Positions 1 through 9,005 of a stretch of 64,000 nt of DNA are shown here, in pieces. The notes beneath the pieces were generated by a model that was not told the DNA's origin, searched no databases, and saw only the letters and a program-made list of their open reading frames with translations. The number at the start of each line of letters is the position of its first letter. Positions within the stretch are counted from its first letter, which is position 1. A program made the position numbers and the translations under genes. The stretch covers positions 1 through 64,000 of IMG/VR virus record IMGVR_UViG_3300010398_001198; one strand, 5' to 3'. The stretch comes from a virus.

Positions 1-76
1 CACCTGGCCCGCGGCCATATTCGCACCGTGGAAGTGCCGGTACGGACGCCAACGCGGCTCAGGCATGATTAGATAA

Positions 77-150
77 GGGACAGTTTTAAGTGTTAAGTTT
101 TAAGTTTTAAGTTGTTTCGGACTTAACCCTTAACCCTTAAAACTTGCCCC
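77..150. repeat. Heptamer inverted-array element, copy 1 (TTAAGTT arm / CCCTTAA arm)
   Basis: gggacagttttaagtgttaagttttaagttttaag-ttgtttcggac-ttaacccttaacccttaaaacttgcccc; near-identical to 6571-6654. Confidence 0.9.
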
Positions 151-189
151 GGCCCTCTCTGCGGAGAGGAGCCCGGTTCCGCTTTCGTA

Positions 190-234
190 GCGCCCGCATA
201 CGGTCAAAGGACTTGACCGGCGGGCGCTTTTTTT
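190..234 (+). terminator. Intrinsic terminator-like hairpin with T7 tract
   Basis: gcgcccgc...cggtcaa-agga-cttgaccg-gcgggcgc followed by ttttttt. Confidence 0.7.
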
Positions 235-254
235 GTGCCTGGAGACCGCCATGC

Positions 255-905
255 CTACGACACACGCCGCTTCTTCTTGGCTGGAGCCACGGTCAGCAGC
301 AAGGGCTGGACGGGGATCGGCGGCTTGCGCGTGCCCTTGCGGGAATTACAGGAATGACAGGCGGCAATCACGTTCTGCACAGTATGCGAGCCACCTTTCG
401 ACAGCGGCACGATGTGATCTTGCGTCAACTTCCCTTTGCGGCGTTTGCCACAGTAATAGCAGCGATGGTCTTGGGCCGCCTGGATTTCCAGCCATTGGTC
501 ATGCGTCAGATCATTTACCGGCGCCCTTTTCTTCAGCGCCCGACGCCGGCGGCCTTGAGCACGCGTGGCTTCCCGATGATTGTTCTTCCACTTCTTATCA
601 GCGACCCGGGCTGCCTCTGGATCTTGCTCTCGTTTCTCACGTGCCAGTTGGGCAAAAAGCTCAGGATCCTCCGCATAGATGGCGCGTTTCTTTGCGTTCA
701 CGCGGTCGCGATTCTCAGAGTACCACCGCTGCCACTGTGCCTTGCGCTGGCCCGCATATCGCCCGCGGTATTTCTTGTCGCGTTGTTTTACATGCGACGA
801 GTTCTTTTGGCGACTCGCCTTGGCTCGTTCAGAAAACTTGCTGGGATTGGCGGCATAACGGGCACGTGCACCAGCACGCCTGTCTGGATAGATCTTGGCT
901 GACAC
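255..905 (-). CDS. Free-standing HNH endonuclease (HNH1), antisense to late operon
   Basis: CYYCG...TQDHIVPLSKGGSHTVQNVIAACHSCNSRK; GTG start after GAGGAG. Confidence 0.9.
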   Translation of the reverse strand: MSAKIYPDRRAGARARYAANPSKFSERAKASRQKNSSHVKQRDKKYRGRYAGQRKAQWQRWYSENRDRVNAKKRAIYAEDPELFAQLAREKREQDPEAARVADKKWKNNHREATRAQGRRRRALKKRAPVNDLTHDQWLEIQAAQDHRCYYCGKRRKGKLTQDHIVPLSKGGSHTVQNVIAACHSCNSRKGTRKPPIPVQPLLLTVAPAKKKRRVS

Positions 906-996
906 GATATCTCCTCACTGAGATAGGGGGAAAGACCGGGCTCCCTGTGAGTGAGCACAAGGACTTTGCGGGCGATGATCAGTCGCCACCCGGCAA
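906..996 (-). ncRNA. Structured leader RNA class A, copy 1
   Basis: P1 gccgggt/gcccggt, P2 ggcga/tcgcc, cgcaaagt, P3 ccttgtg-CTCACT-cacaggg, RBS hairpin tatctc-AGTGAG-gagata. Confidence 0.75.
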
Positions 997-1002
997 CAAG
1001 AG

Positions 1003-1011
1003 AGTATAGCA
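1003..1011 (-). promoter_or_regulatory. Extended -10 promoter (TGCTATACT) for HNH1 cassette
   Basis: TGnTATACT on minus strand; GTGCAA 17 nt upstream; same motif heads every antisense cassette. Confidence 0.7.
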
Positions 1012-1051
1012 CAAATATGTCTATTTTGCACTAAGAAAGGCATGATTCAAA

Positions 1052-1642
1052 ATGCCTTGGACTGCTCAGGACGCTGATAGGCACCATAAGGGCTTATCAG
1101 CGAAGCAAAAAAGACAGTGGTCGCATGTGGCCAACAGCCAATTAAAGACCTGTTTGGACCGTGGCGGTTCTCAGGAACACTGCGAAGGACAGGCCATCCG
1201 CGCTGCCAATGCGGCTGTGAACAAGAGTGTCGACGCTGAGAACCTGGCCCTCGTGGTGGAAGCCCGCATTGCCAAAAGTGAGGACGCTGAGCAGCGCCTC
1301 TTTGGGTGGGCCTCCATTGCCGTCATGAAAGATGGGACGCCGCTCCTCGACCTGCAGGGCGATGTCCTGGAGATCGAGGACCTCGCCGAGGCGTGGTACG
1401 CGTACGTCTTAGAGTCAGGCGAATTGAATTTCGTACACAAGGGCGAGTGCCGTGGTCGGATGATTGAGGCCATGGTGTTCACCCCCGAGAAGATTAGCGC
1501 GCTGGGACTGCCTCCTGACTCGCTCCCCCTCGGGGCCTGGGTCGGCTTCCATGTGCCCGATGCCGACGACTACCACCTCGTCAAATCCATGGGCTACCTC
1601 ATGTTCTCCATTGAAGGCTTTGCCGAGCGTGAGGAGGTCTAG
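1052..1642 (+). CDS. XkdF-like putative prohead serine protease with N-terminal extension
   Basis: QRLFGWASIAV...DLQGDVLEIEDLAEAWYAY...NFVHKG...IEAMVFT...AWVGFHV resembles XkdF family; position before scaffold/capsid. Confidence 0.75.
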   Translation: MPWTAQDADRHHKGLSAKQKRQWSHVANSQLKTCLDRGGSQEHCEGQAIRAANAAVNKSVDAENLALVVEARIAKSEDAEQRLFGWASIAVMKDGTPLLDLQGDVLEIEDLAEAWYAYVLESGELNFVHKGECRGRMIEAMVFTPEKISALGLPPDSLPLGAWVGFHVPDADDYHLVKSMGYLMFSIEGFAEREEV

Positions 1643-1644
1643 CC

Positions 1645-3333
1645 ATGCCCACGCGCCTCCGCAAACTCAAAATTACCCGCGTGGCCGTCTGTCAGCAGGG
1701 CGCCAACTACGATGTCGAGAGCGGCGAGGGGGCGCATATCCTGCTCTTTAAGAGTGCGGATGCGGAGGCCGAGGCCCTCGACAAAGCCGAGCGCAGTACG
1801 GCCGGGACCAACGACCTCCCCGACTCTGCCTTCGCCTATATCAGCCCTGGGGGCACAAAGGATGAGGACGGCAAGACTGTCCCTCGCTCCCTGCGCCACC
1901 TGCCATATAAGACTGCCTCAGGGGCTATCGACAAACCGCATTTGCGCAATGCGCTTGCAAGATTAAGCCAGACCGATATCCCGGCGAGTGCCAAAGCCAG
2001 TGCAAAACGCAAGCTCCGCGCTGCCGCCCGGTCAGCCGGCATCGACGTGAGCGACGAGGTCGAGAAGTTTGATGCGCCCATGGGCCTCCATGCCGAGCCC
2101 GACGGCGACGAAACCCCGCCGCTGTCCTATGCCCAGCGCGGCCAGCAGTACGACCTCTGGGAAACCCTCTGGGGCAAATGGCAGTGCCTGTGCGAGACCT
2201 ACTATGCCTGCGTTGGCGACTGCGACGAGGATAACCTGCCCTATCTGCCGATCCTGGTCGAGTCCGTGGGGCAGTTTCAAGACGAGGTCGCGGACCTCAT
2301 CGACGGCCTGGGGCTCACGGCGAAGATGGCCCCCATCCTGGCCGACCTCACTTCGGTGGCGAAAGCCGGGGCGCCCATGGCGGGCCATCGCCTCACGCGC
2401 CTGCAAGACGCTATCGCCCAGCTCCAGCAGATTCTCGAAGAGTGTACGCCCCCAACCATTGACCGCCCTGGGGTCTCTGCCGCCGATGTGCGCAGTATGC
2501 CTGGGGTCATGAAAGGAAGGGCCGCGCGGCGGCCCATTGCCGACACCGTCGCAAAGGAGGACCCGCCTATGGCCACCGCGGTGCGCAAAAATGCCGAGAG
2601 TGACAAGGAACACTGCGACAACTGCGACGACACAGACTGCGACAACCCGGCCCACGACCGTATGAAGAAGGAACTGCTGGTGCACGGGAATGCAGCCCAG
2701 ATGCAGATCGATGCCCTGACCAAACGTGCCCACGAGGCCGAAGACCTGGTGCTCAGCCTGCGCGCTGATCTCGCGAAGAGCACCCAGGAACTCACGGCGC
2801 TCCGCGAAGAACAGCGCATCGCCAAGATGAGCCCTGAGGAGCAGCGCGAGACCCTGCTGGCCGGCATGCCTGAACTGGTGCGCAAGAGCTACCTCGATCA
2901 GGAAGCCCGCCTCGAAATCATCGAAAAGGCCAACCGCGAGTTACACGAGAAAAACGAGCGCCTCGACTATATCGCGAAAACCGCCGAGTTTCGCGCCCTC
3001 GGGCTCACCCCCGATCACTGGCATGTGCTCAAAGCCGTTGAGGGCATCGCCGACGAGAGCGCCCGGACGGAGTTGGTGCGCCTGCTCAAGGCCGCCACCG
3101 AGCAACTGAAAACGTCCAGCCTCTTTGGCGTGCGCGGTGTCGAGGGCCATGGCCCGAGTGGCACGGACAGCAGTGGCGATGCGGAAGGGCAGATTCTCGC
3201 CCTGGCCAAAGCCTACGCGGAAGAGAAGGGTGTGCCGCTGGCCAAGGGCATCGAGGTCATTGCCAAGAGCCATCCCGAGCTCTGGGAACTGAACCAGCGC
3301 GAGAAACGCGCCAAGAATCGGGTAAACACATAA
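1645..3333 (+). CDS. Putative capsid scaffold/head assembly protein
   Basis: N-term LRKLKITRVAVCQQGAN...HILLFKS, C-terminal coiled coil, lies before capsid genes. Confidence 0.65.
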   Translation: MPTRLRKLKITRVAVCQQGANYDVESGEGAHILLFKSADAEAEALDKAERSTAGTNDLPDSAFAYISPGGTKDEDGKTVPRSLRHLPYKTASGAIDKPHLRNALARLSQTDIPASAKASAKRKLRAAARSAGIDVSDEVEKFDAPMGLHAEPDGDETPPLSYAQRGQQYDLWETLWGKWQCLCETYYACVGDCDEDNLPYLPILVESVGQFQDEVADLIDGLGLTAKMAPILADLTSVAKAGAPMAGHRLTRLQDAIAQLQQILEECTPPTIDRPGVSAADVRSMPGVMKGRAARRPIADTVAKEDPPMATAVRKNAESDKEHCDNCDDTDCDNPAHDRMKKELLVHGNAAQMQIDALTKRAHEAEDLVLSLRADLAKSTQELTALREEQRIAKMSPEEQRETLLAGMPELVRKSYLDQEARLEIIEKANRELHEKNERLDYIAKTAEFRALGLTPDHWHVLKAVEGIADESARTELVRLLKAATEQLKTSSLFGVRGVEGHGPSGTDSSGDAEGQILALAKAYAEEKGVPLAKGIEVIAKSHPELWELNQREKRAKNRVNT

Positions 3334-3430
3334 GTTTCAAGGGTTAAGGGTTAAGTTTTAAGGCTCGGAGTCAGACACAGAACAGCCTCAGTCTCCCAGC
3401 TCTCCCACTTAATACTTAATACTTAAATCT
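3332..3430. repeat. Heptamer inverted-array element, copy 2
   Basis: tttcaagggttaagggttaagttttaag-spacer-cttaatacttaatacttaaa immediately after stop codon. Confidence 0.85.
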
Positions 3431-3490
3431 AAGCGTTTCTTCCCGCCTCGCGTGTCCAGAACGGCGTGGCAGGCGGGGAAGGAGGGTCCG

Positions 3491-3892
3491 ATGCCCCATA
3501 TTGCGGTTTATGACGACTCCTTTCGCAGTACCACCGATATGCGCACCAAGCAATTTGCCCCGGTGAAACTCGCCGCCACCAAAGACTGGATTACCGAGTG
3601 TGCGGCCGCCACGGATGACGTGTACGGCTTGCAGCAGGGCCGCCCCAATGTGGGCGAGGCCGGACGCATCGCCATTGCCGGACGCTGGACTGCCCTGGTG
3701 GATGGCTCCGGCACGGCCATTGCCATCGGGGACTTCCTGGGACCCAACGCCGCCGGCACCATGCTGGTGAAAAAGAGCACCGCCGATAACTCGATCTGCG
3801 CCCGGGCACTCGATGTCTGCACGATTAGCGGCGGCAAAATTGATGTCAATTTGTTTGGCGGCATCGGCGCACGGTTCCGGGCGGCGGCGTAA
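3491..3892 (+). CDS. Capsid cement/decoration protein (DUF2190-like)
   Basis: ~130 aa, PVKL...GLQQG.P..GEAGRIAIAG...AIAIGDFL pattern, directly upstream of MCP; ATG after GGAGG. Confidence 0.7.
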   Translation: MPHIAVYDDSFRSTTDMRTKQFAPVKLAATKDWITECAAATDDVYGLQQGRPNVGEAGRIAIAGRWTALVDGSGTAIAIGDFLGPNAAGTMLVKKSTADNSICARALDVCTISGGKIDVNLFGGIGARFRAAA

Positions 3893-3993
3893 GCCAAGGC
3901 CCGACGTGCGACGGGCCTGCAACCCTCATCTCTGGCACAGCCTGCGTCATGACGTGACACAGGAATAGCCGTCAGTTCAGAAAGGAGCTGCCC

Positions 3994-4935
3994 TTGGCAG
4001 AGAGCGCATTAAGGGACGTCTATGTTGATATATTACTTACAGAAATATCTATAGGTTATTCCAACCCAGATTACATAGCACCACTCATTGCTCCGGTGGT
4101 GCCGGTGCGCTATCCCACCGGGTTCATTCCGCAGTACATGCAGAGTGACTGGTTCCGCAACAACGCCAACCGGCGGGCGACCGGCACGCTGAGTCGGCGC
4201 GGCTCCTTCAACCTGGGGACCGACACCTACGCCTCGAAGCGCGACAGCTTCGGCTTCGAACTGGCCGATGAAGTGCGCGACGCCACCATGGAACCCTACA
4301 ACATGGACCGCGACGGCACGCTGTTTGCCACCGATAAAGTCCTCATGGCGCAGGAGATGGACTTCGCCACCAACCTGTTCACGGCGGGCGTGTGGGTCGA
4401 TGCCGCCGGCTATGTGCAGTGGAACGATTATGGGGCCTCAACCCCCCTGCTCCTGGTGACCCAGGCCCTCGATAACATCGAAGGCCGCATCGGGCGCGAG
4501 GGCAACACCATGATCCTCGGCAAGCAGGTCTTCACCGTGCTGCGCTGGCACCCCGACTTGCTCGACACCATCAAGTACACCCAGATGGCCATCGTCACCG
4601 AGCAAATCATGCAGAGCCTCTTCGGCGTGGACCGCATCCTCATCGGCCGCGGCATCTATACCGCCAGCCCGGAAGGCACGGCGGAAGCGTCCGTCGTCTA
4701 CCAGCGCATTTGGGGCAAGCATGTGCTGTTTCTCTATAACCCGCCGAGCCCGAGCCTGATTACCCCGGCGGCGATCTACAACTTCACGTGGCAAAGGGTT
4801 CCGTCCGCAAACTCGTACATGCGCCGATTCCGTGAAGAAAGTCGCGAGGTCGACGTCCTGGAGAGTAACGGCTACCACGACTATCATGTGACGTCTCAAC
4901 GGTCTGCGGAGTTTTATGCGAATATAATCGCATGA
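3994..4935 (+). CDS. Major capsid protein
   Basis: 313 aa, DILLTEISIGYSNPDYIAPLIAPVVPV motif typical of a gpE-like MCP family; TTG start after AAGGAG. Confidence 0.8.
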   Translation: MAESALRDVYVDILLTEISIGYSNPDYIAPLIAPVVPVRYPTGFIPQYMQSDWFRNNANRRATGTLSRRGSFNLGTDTYASKRDSFGFELADEVRDATMEPYNMDRDGTLFATDKVLMAQEMDFATNLFTAGVWVDAAGYVQWNDYGASTPLLLVTQALDNIEGRIGREGNTMILGKQVFTVLRWHPDLLDTIKYTQMAIVTEQIMQSLFGVDRILIGRGIYTASPEGTAEASVVYQRIWGKHVLFLYNPPSPSLITPAAIYNFTWQRVPSANSYMRRFREESREVDVLESNGYHDYHVTSQRSAEFYANIIA

Positions 4936-4951
4936 TGAATTTGTACCCTTT

Positions 4952-5644
4952 TTAGAAAAGCCGCATCTGTTGAGGGACAGCGCGATTCCCTTTACTGGAA
5001 TTGCACCAGGTATGGGCCAGCACCGCATTGCGATAACTGTGTTCCGAGCCCGGCTGACTCACGGGAATGATGTGATCACGTGAAGCATCCTGGAAACGGC
5101 GGACCCGCGTATGACAAATACCGCATATGCCCTTGTCACGGATAAAGAGCACGGCGATATCAACCTCTTCAATGTATGGGATACCCTTCTCCAGCGCCCG
5201 GCGCTTGTGCTGATACTCCGTGACCTTATTGCGGTTCAACTGCCGCCACAATTTCCGTTTCAGCGCATAGTACGCTTTCTTCTTCAAGCGGCTCCGGCGC
5301 TCGCGCAGCCGACAGAGGACGCGGTTGGCTTCGCGGTAAAGGGCGGCGGCGGCCAGGACCTGTGCCTTATGCAGGGTTTTCCAGCGCTGCTGCCGGGCCT
5401 TGAATTGTTCAGGATGATCCTTGCCCCACTGCATCGAGCGCGCATTGATCTTGTCTTTGTTCCTGACGTGATAACCAGCTTTGTAGGCTTTGCGCTTGGC
5501 AACACGCTCAGGCTTGGACTCACGTTCTTTGACACACTGCTTGCAGTAGGGCGACAGCTTGTCATAACGGCTGTTATCAACAAAAAACTCGGCGTACAGC
5601 TTGGACTTCTTACACTTAGGACAGCGTTTACGCGGTTCGTCCAT
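4952..5644 (-). CDS. Free-standing HNH endonuclease (HNH2)
   Basis: N-term CPKC...YCKQC zinc ribbon, C-term CGIC...RDHIIPVS...NAVLAHTWCNSSKGN; start placed at ATG 5644 after GGGAGG. Confidence 0.9.
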   Translation of the reverse strand: MDEPRKRCPKCKKSKLYAEFFVDNSRYDKLSPYCKQCVKERESKPERVAKRKAYKAGYHVRNKDKINARSMQWGKDHPEQFKARQQRWKTLHKAQVLAAAALYREANRVLCRLRERRSRLKKKAYYALKRKLWRQLNRNKVTEYQHKRRALEKGIPYIEEVDIAVLFIRDKGICGICHTRVRRFQDASRDHIIPVSQPGSEHSYRNAVLAHTWCNSSKGNRAVPQQMRLF

Positions 5645-5740
5645 GCGGCCTCCCATACGGCCAGAGGTGAGTGGCTTGGGCTCAAGACCTGTATGGGCAG
5701 GTCTCAACTTGCGCGTCAGCGTCCCAACGACCCAAGCTCT
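5645..5740 (-). ncRNA. Structured leader RNA class A, copy 2
   Basis: P1 gcttgggt/gcccaagc, P2 cgttgg-GACG-ctgacg, cgcaagt, P3 tgagacctg-CCCATA-caggtcttg, RBS hairpin ggcc-gTATGGGa-ggcc. Confidence 0.75.
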
Positions 5741-5743
5741 ATA

Positions 5744-5752
5744 AGTATAACA
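5744..5752 (-). promoter_or_regulatory. Extended -10 promoter (TGTTATACT) for HNH2 cassette
   Basis: Motif at same position relative to leader as other cassettes. Confidence 0.7.
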
Positions 5753-5765
5753 AATTCAGAGAGTT

Positions 5766-6566
5766 ATGTCAATGCTTGAAGGCTCTGATCTCCCCGATGA
5801 CACTGGCGCCGATGCCGCCCCCGAGGCGGTGCTGGCGATCCTTGAGCGGCTGACGCCGCAGCAGCAGAGTGCCCTGGCGCTCCTCGTGGAGCAGGACGGG
5901 CAGGGCTGCGGCCTGTCGACCCAGATGTGTTCCTCGCTCGTCCAACGGGATCTCCTGGTCAAAGCGGTGGACCCGCTCACCGATGGCCCGCGCGTGTGCA
6001 CCAAGGGCTGTGGCCATGCATGGTACGACATCCCGGCGGCGGTCCAGACGGCGTATGCCACCTGGGCGGCGCAGTGGGAGGAGGACGGGGCGCCGGTGAC
6101 CACCGCCGTGCCTGCTCCGCCCCCGCCTCCAGCCAGGCCCCTGGCGACGCGCCGTGAGATGGGGCCGAGTCATTGGACAAGGTTCACCTTGCCGGGCCTG
6201 GGCTATTTCACCTACAAGGGCACGAACTACGACCGTGGCCAGCTCCTGACGCTGACGGGCAGCCCGCGCGATGAGCAATTAGAACGCCTGGGCTATGTCT
6301 ACCCGGTGCCCAAAGGCGAGACCTACCGCCAGGCCCAGTGCGGGTCCTGCGGCATGTGGTTCTTGAATGAAGAGTTCCGCGACGCGCATGGACGCTTGCG
6401 CCATCGTCACCGCTTCGAAGGCGACGACCTGGATGTAGCGGCGGGCATGGCGGGCCCTGCAGGGGGGGCCGCCTTGCGCGATGTGACGGGGGATGCCGAG
6501 GAGCGCCGCATGCAGCAGCAGTATCCGCTGCATCTGGAGCGGACGAAAGCAACGTTAGAAGGCTAG
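5766..6566 (+). CDS. Hypothetical head-region protein
   Basis: Co-oriented 266-aa ORF in late operon with CGSCG motif. Confidence 0.6.
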   Translation: MSMLEGSDLPDDTGADAAPEAVLAILERLTPQQQSALALLVEQDGQGCGLSTQMCSSLVQRDLLVKAVDPLTDGPRVCTKGCGHAWYDIPAAVQTAYATWAAQWEEDGAPVTTAVPAPPPPPARPLATRREMGPSHWTRFTLPGLGYFTYKGTNYDRGQLLTLTGSPRDEQLERLGYVYPVPKGETYRQAQCGSCGMWFLNEEFRDAHGRLRHRHRFEGDDLDVAAGMAGPAGGAALRDVTGDAEERRMQQQYPLHLERTKATLEG

Positions 6567-6570
6567 GGAC

Positions 6571-6654
6571 GGGGACAGTTTTAAGTTTTAAGTTTTAAGT
6601 TTTAAGTCGTTTCGGACCTTAAACCTTAACCCTTAACCCTTAAAACTTGGCCCC
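6571..6654. repeat. Heptamer inverted-array element, copy 3
   Basis: ggggacag(ttttaag)x4-tcgtttcggac-cttaaaccttaacccttaacccttaaaacttggcccc. Confidence 0.9.
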
Positions 6655-6677
6655 TCCTGAGGAAGGAAGGAGGGCCT

Positions 6678-7121
6678 ATGTTTCAACGTGTGACCGTCGT
6701 GCAGGAAGGGCTCAAGCTGCCCCGCACCGCGACCATCATTCCACAGGCGGGCGTCAAATCGCTCTATACGATTAGCGGCGTCATCCGCATTCGCCAACTC
6801 TACGGCGTCGTCACCACCGTCATTGCCGGCGGGGCGAACAACACCAAGTTCCAGTTCAAGCCCACCGGCCAGACCGCCATTGACCTCTGCGCGGTGGGCG
6901 ATATTGGCACCACCCCGCTGGCGGTGGGGCAACTGATTGGCGTCGTTTTTCCGCCCGCGACCGCGCTGGCCATGGGCTGGGGCGTCCAGGATACGACGCA
7001 GGACTTTCTCATTGGCCCCGGCACCATTGATCTCAACTGTGTGGCGGCGGCGGGGACCGGCGCCTTCCGGTTCTTGCTGGCCTATGACGGGGAACCGAAC
7101 AGCTTTGTGACGCTGGCTTAG
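6678..7121 (+). CDS. Hypothetical beta-rich virion protein
   Basis: 147-aa ORF with RBS GGAGGG in late operon. Confidence 0.6.
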   Translation: MFQRVTVVQEGLKLPRTATIIPQAGVKSLYTISGVIRIRQLYGVVTTVIAGGANNTKFQFKPTGQTAIDLCAVGDIGTTPLAVGQLIGVVFPPATALAMGWGVQDTTQDFLIGPGTIDLNCVAAAGTGAFRFLLAYDGEPNSFVTLA

Positions 7122-7351
7122 GGCTTAGCGCTGGTCGGACAGGCGCCTTGAAAGCCGGCCGTCGAGTGCACGGTCGCGCCGGAGGGACACTGCACCACAA
7201 AGGTCTGGCCCGCGACATTGCGAATGGCGGTGGGACAGCGCGGCTTAAAGCGTGCAATGGCGTGGGTATTGGCCCCCGTGGGACTGCCAGCCATAAACGT
7301 GGTCGTGGTGTGGGTCGACGCCCCGGTGGGGCAGTTCGGGAGCATAGCCAT
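7118..7351 (-). CDS. Small antisense protein with CPT/SPT-GA repeats (77 aa)
   Basis: GGAGG RBS, TGCTATGCT extended -10 at 7390-7398, exactly fills the gap between + genes. Confidence 0.6.
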   Translation of the reverse strand: MAMLPNCPTGASTHTTTTFMAGSPTGANTHAIARFKPRCPTAIRNVAGQTFVVQCPSGATVHSTAGFQGACPTSAKP

Positions 7352-7423
7352 ACGCGACCTCCGGTCTGTGGGAGAGATCTGAGGTCCGCAGCATAGCAGG
7401 CCGGACCCTGAGAGACAAGGAGA

Positions 7424-7963
7424 GTGATGCCCCCACGCCCAGAGCCCTATCGCATCGGCTTCTTTTACCTGGGAGAGGCGCCGGACGCCCTCCCGCACAA
7501 GGAGATCCCTATGCTCAATCCCCAAACCAACCCCTGGTGGGGCACCTTTCTCGTGACCCACGGCAGTGACTCCGAAGAAGAAAAGGCGTTTCTCGGCTAT
7601 CTCACCAGCAAGGCGATTGATCCGGGGAGCGATCCGAGCACCCTGGACGCCGCCTATACCGACTTTCACGCCTGGCTGACCGACTCGTACGCCCACGATG
7701 CCACGGCCAGTGAAGCCGCCGTGGCGAGCGCGACCCCGCAGGGCATTGCCGAGGCCCGGCAGGTCGAACTCACGGCCTATGCGGTGCCACGGGCCAGCCA
7801 TGCCGATCCGGTGCTGCAAAAGCCCGGCCAGGCCGCGACCCGCCCGCCCGAGCTGCGCGTCGAGCCACCGGCACCGCCCACCGAGACGCCAGCGACGAGT
7901 AGCGAAAGTAGCAGCCCCGAACCGCGCTATGGCACGCGGCGGCGCAGTGAGGGGGAGGCATGA
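7424..7963 (+). CDS. Hypothetical protein, Pro/Ala-rich C-terminus
   Basis: RBS AAGGAG; alternative start at 7511. Confidence 0.55.
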   Translation: MMPPRPEPYRIGFFYLGEAPDALPHKEIPMLNPQTNPWWGTFLVTHGSDSEEEKAFLGYLTSKAIDPGSDPSTLDAAYTDFHAWLTDSYAHDATASEAAVASATPQGIAEARQVELTAYAVPRASHADPVLQKPGQAATRPPELRVEPPAPPTETPATSSESSSPEPRYGTRRRSEGEA

Positions 7964-8193
7964 ACCCGGCCAGTGAACGGATGCTCACCCATATGACCTA
8001 TGACCATCTGCCGGCGCATCTCCAGGCGGTGAGTCAACCCGTGTGTGATCTCGCCTGGCTGATGGCCCGGACCCTAGACAGTGCCGATCCTCTGGTGGGC
8101 GCGGAAGTCACGACCGGATTACGCCGGCTCCTGGAAGCGAAGGATTGTTTTGTCCGCGCCCGGGTATGCCTGGGGCATGGCAACCAGGGCTAA
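7960..8193 (+). CDS. Small conserved phage helical protein (HLPxHLQ...LRRLLEAKDCFVRA type)
   Basis: Recognisable widespread phage motif; overlapping start/stop coupling. Confidence 0.7.
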   Translation: MNPASERMLTHMTYDHLPAHLQAVSQPVCDLAWLMARTLDSADPLVGAEVTTGLRRLLEAKDCFVRARVCLGHGNQG

Positions 8194-8285
8194 TCTATGG
8201 CCCAGCAAGCACTTCGAGCCTTTTGGCGTCTCGTTCACTGAATGAGCGCAAGGAGAACGCCATCTCTTACACGTACGCGGGAAAG

Positions 8286-8906
8286 TTAGAGAGGACGATA
8301 GTACCCCCGGCCAGGGTTCAGATTATGCTTGCGGAGGATGCGCCAGATGGTGGCTTGAGATACGCCAAAACGTTGAGCGAGTGACACTTGACCATAGCCA
8401 TTGGGGTCATAGAGACGACAAATCTCTTGGTGGTCAGCCTGCGTCAACTTTGTATTACTGGGGAGTCGTCTGCGTCCTTTGCGAATAGAGTCCTGCACAT
8501 TGTCGCGCTGCGTACCCAGCCAGAGATGCGCTGGGTTGACACAGGCAGGATTATCGCCATCAGGGCAATTATGGCAGACATACATCTCAGGTGGAACGGA
8601 GCCATGGGTAAGGATATAGGCGGCTCGATGGGCAGGCGTGTTCACGCCCTGGAGTTGGAAATGTCCATAACCATCTTTGTCTTTGTGCCCTTGCCAGATC
8701 CAGCATGCTTCCGGCGTGGTCTTCAGGACTCTTGTCCAGAACAGATCTGCACCGCTGATGACTCGCAGAGCAGGTTTGCCACGACGCGCTCGCCCCTCGA
8801 AGCGATTTTTGCAGAGGGTCGAACAATAGCGGGCGGTCTCTGCACGATAGGGATGGACGAGAAAGGTATTGCCGCATTCCTCACAGATACAGGATACACG
8901 AATCAT
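8286..8906 (-). CDS. Free-standing HNH endonuclease (HNH3; I-HmuI-like HNH + C-terminal HTH)
   Basis: CEECG...YCSTLC, CWIWQG...GYG...AHRAAY...VCHNC...DNPACVNPAHLWLGTQRDN, QVSLAQRFGVSQATIWRI; ATG 8906 after GAGGAG. Confidence 0.92.
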   Translation of the reverse strand: MIRVSCICEECGNTFLVHPYRAETARYCSTLCKNRFEGRARRGKPALRVISGADLFWTRVLKTTPEACWIWQGHKDKDGYGHFQLQGVNTPAHRAAYILTHGSVPPEMYVCHNCPDGDNPACVNPAHLWLGTQRDNVQDSIRKGRRRLPSNTKLTQADHQEICRLYDPNGYGQVSLAQRFGVSQATIWRILRKHNLNPGRGYYRPL

Positions 8907-9002
8907 GCGATGTCTCCTCAACAGACAGTGAAGGGGTACCCGGGCTCTCTCCAGGTTGAGGCTGGAGGGACTTGCGAGCAGCCGTCGCCGCTACCCAGGC
9001 TT
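8907..9002 (-). ncRNA. Structured leader RNA class A, copy 3
   Basis: P1 cctgggt/gcccggg, P2 agcggc-GACG-gctgct, cgcaagt, P3 ctccag-CCTCAAC-ctggag, RBS hairpin tgtct-GTTGAGG-agaca. Confidence 0.75.
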
Positions 9003-9005
9003 ATG

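Noticed and set aside
963-970. CGCAAAGU as c-di-GMP-I (GEMM) riboswitch core
   Set aside because: Only a short match; GNRA tetraloop/receptor and GEMM stem order are missing.
144-1009. + strand ORFs 144..902 and 233..1009
   Set aside because: Antisense to HNH1, no recognisable motifs; only the ATGCCT start is considered meaningful.
5645-5707. Longer N-termini given by the ORF track for HNH2, HNH3, HNH4
   Set aside because: They run through the leader RNAs; RBS positions support starts at 5644, 8906 and 25261.
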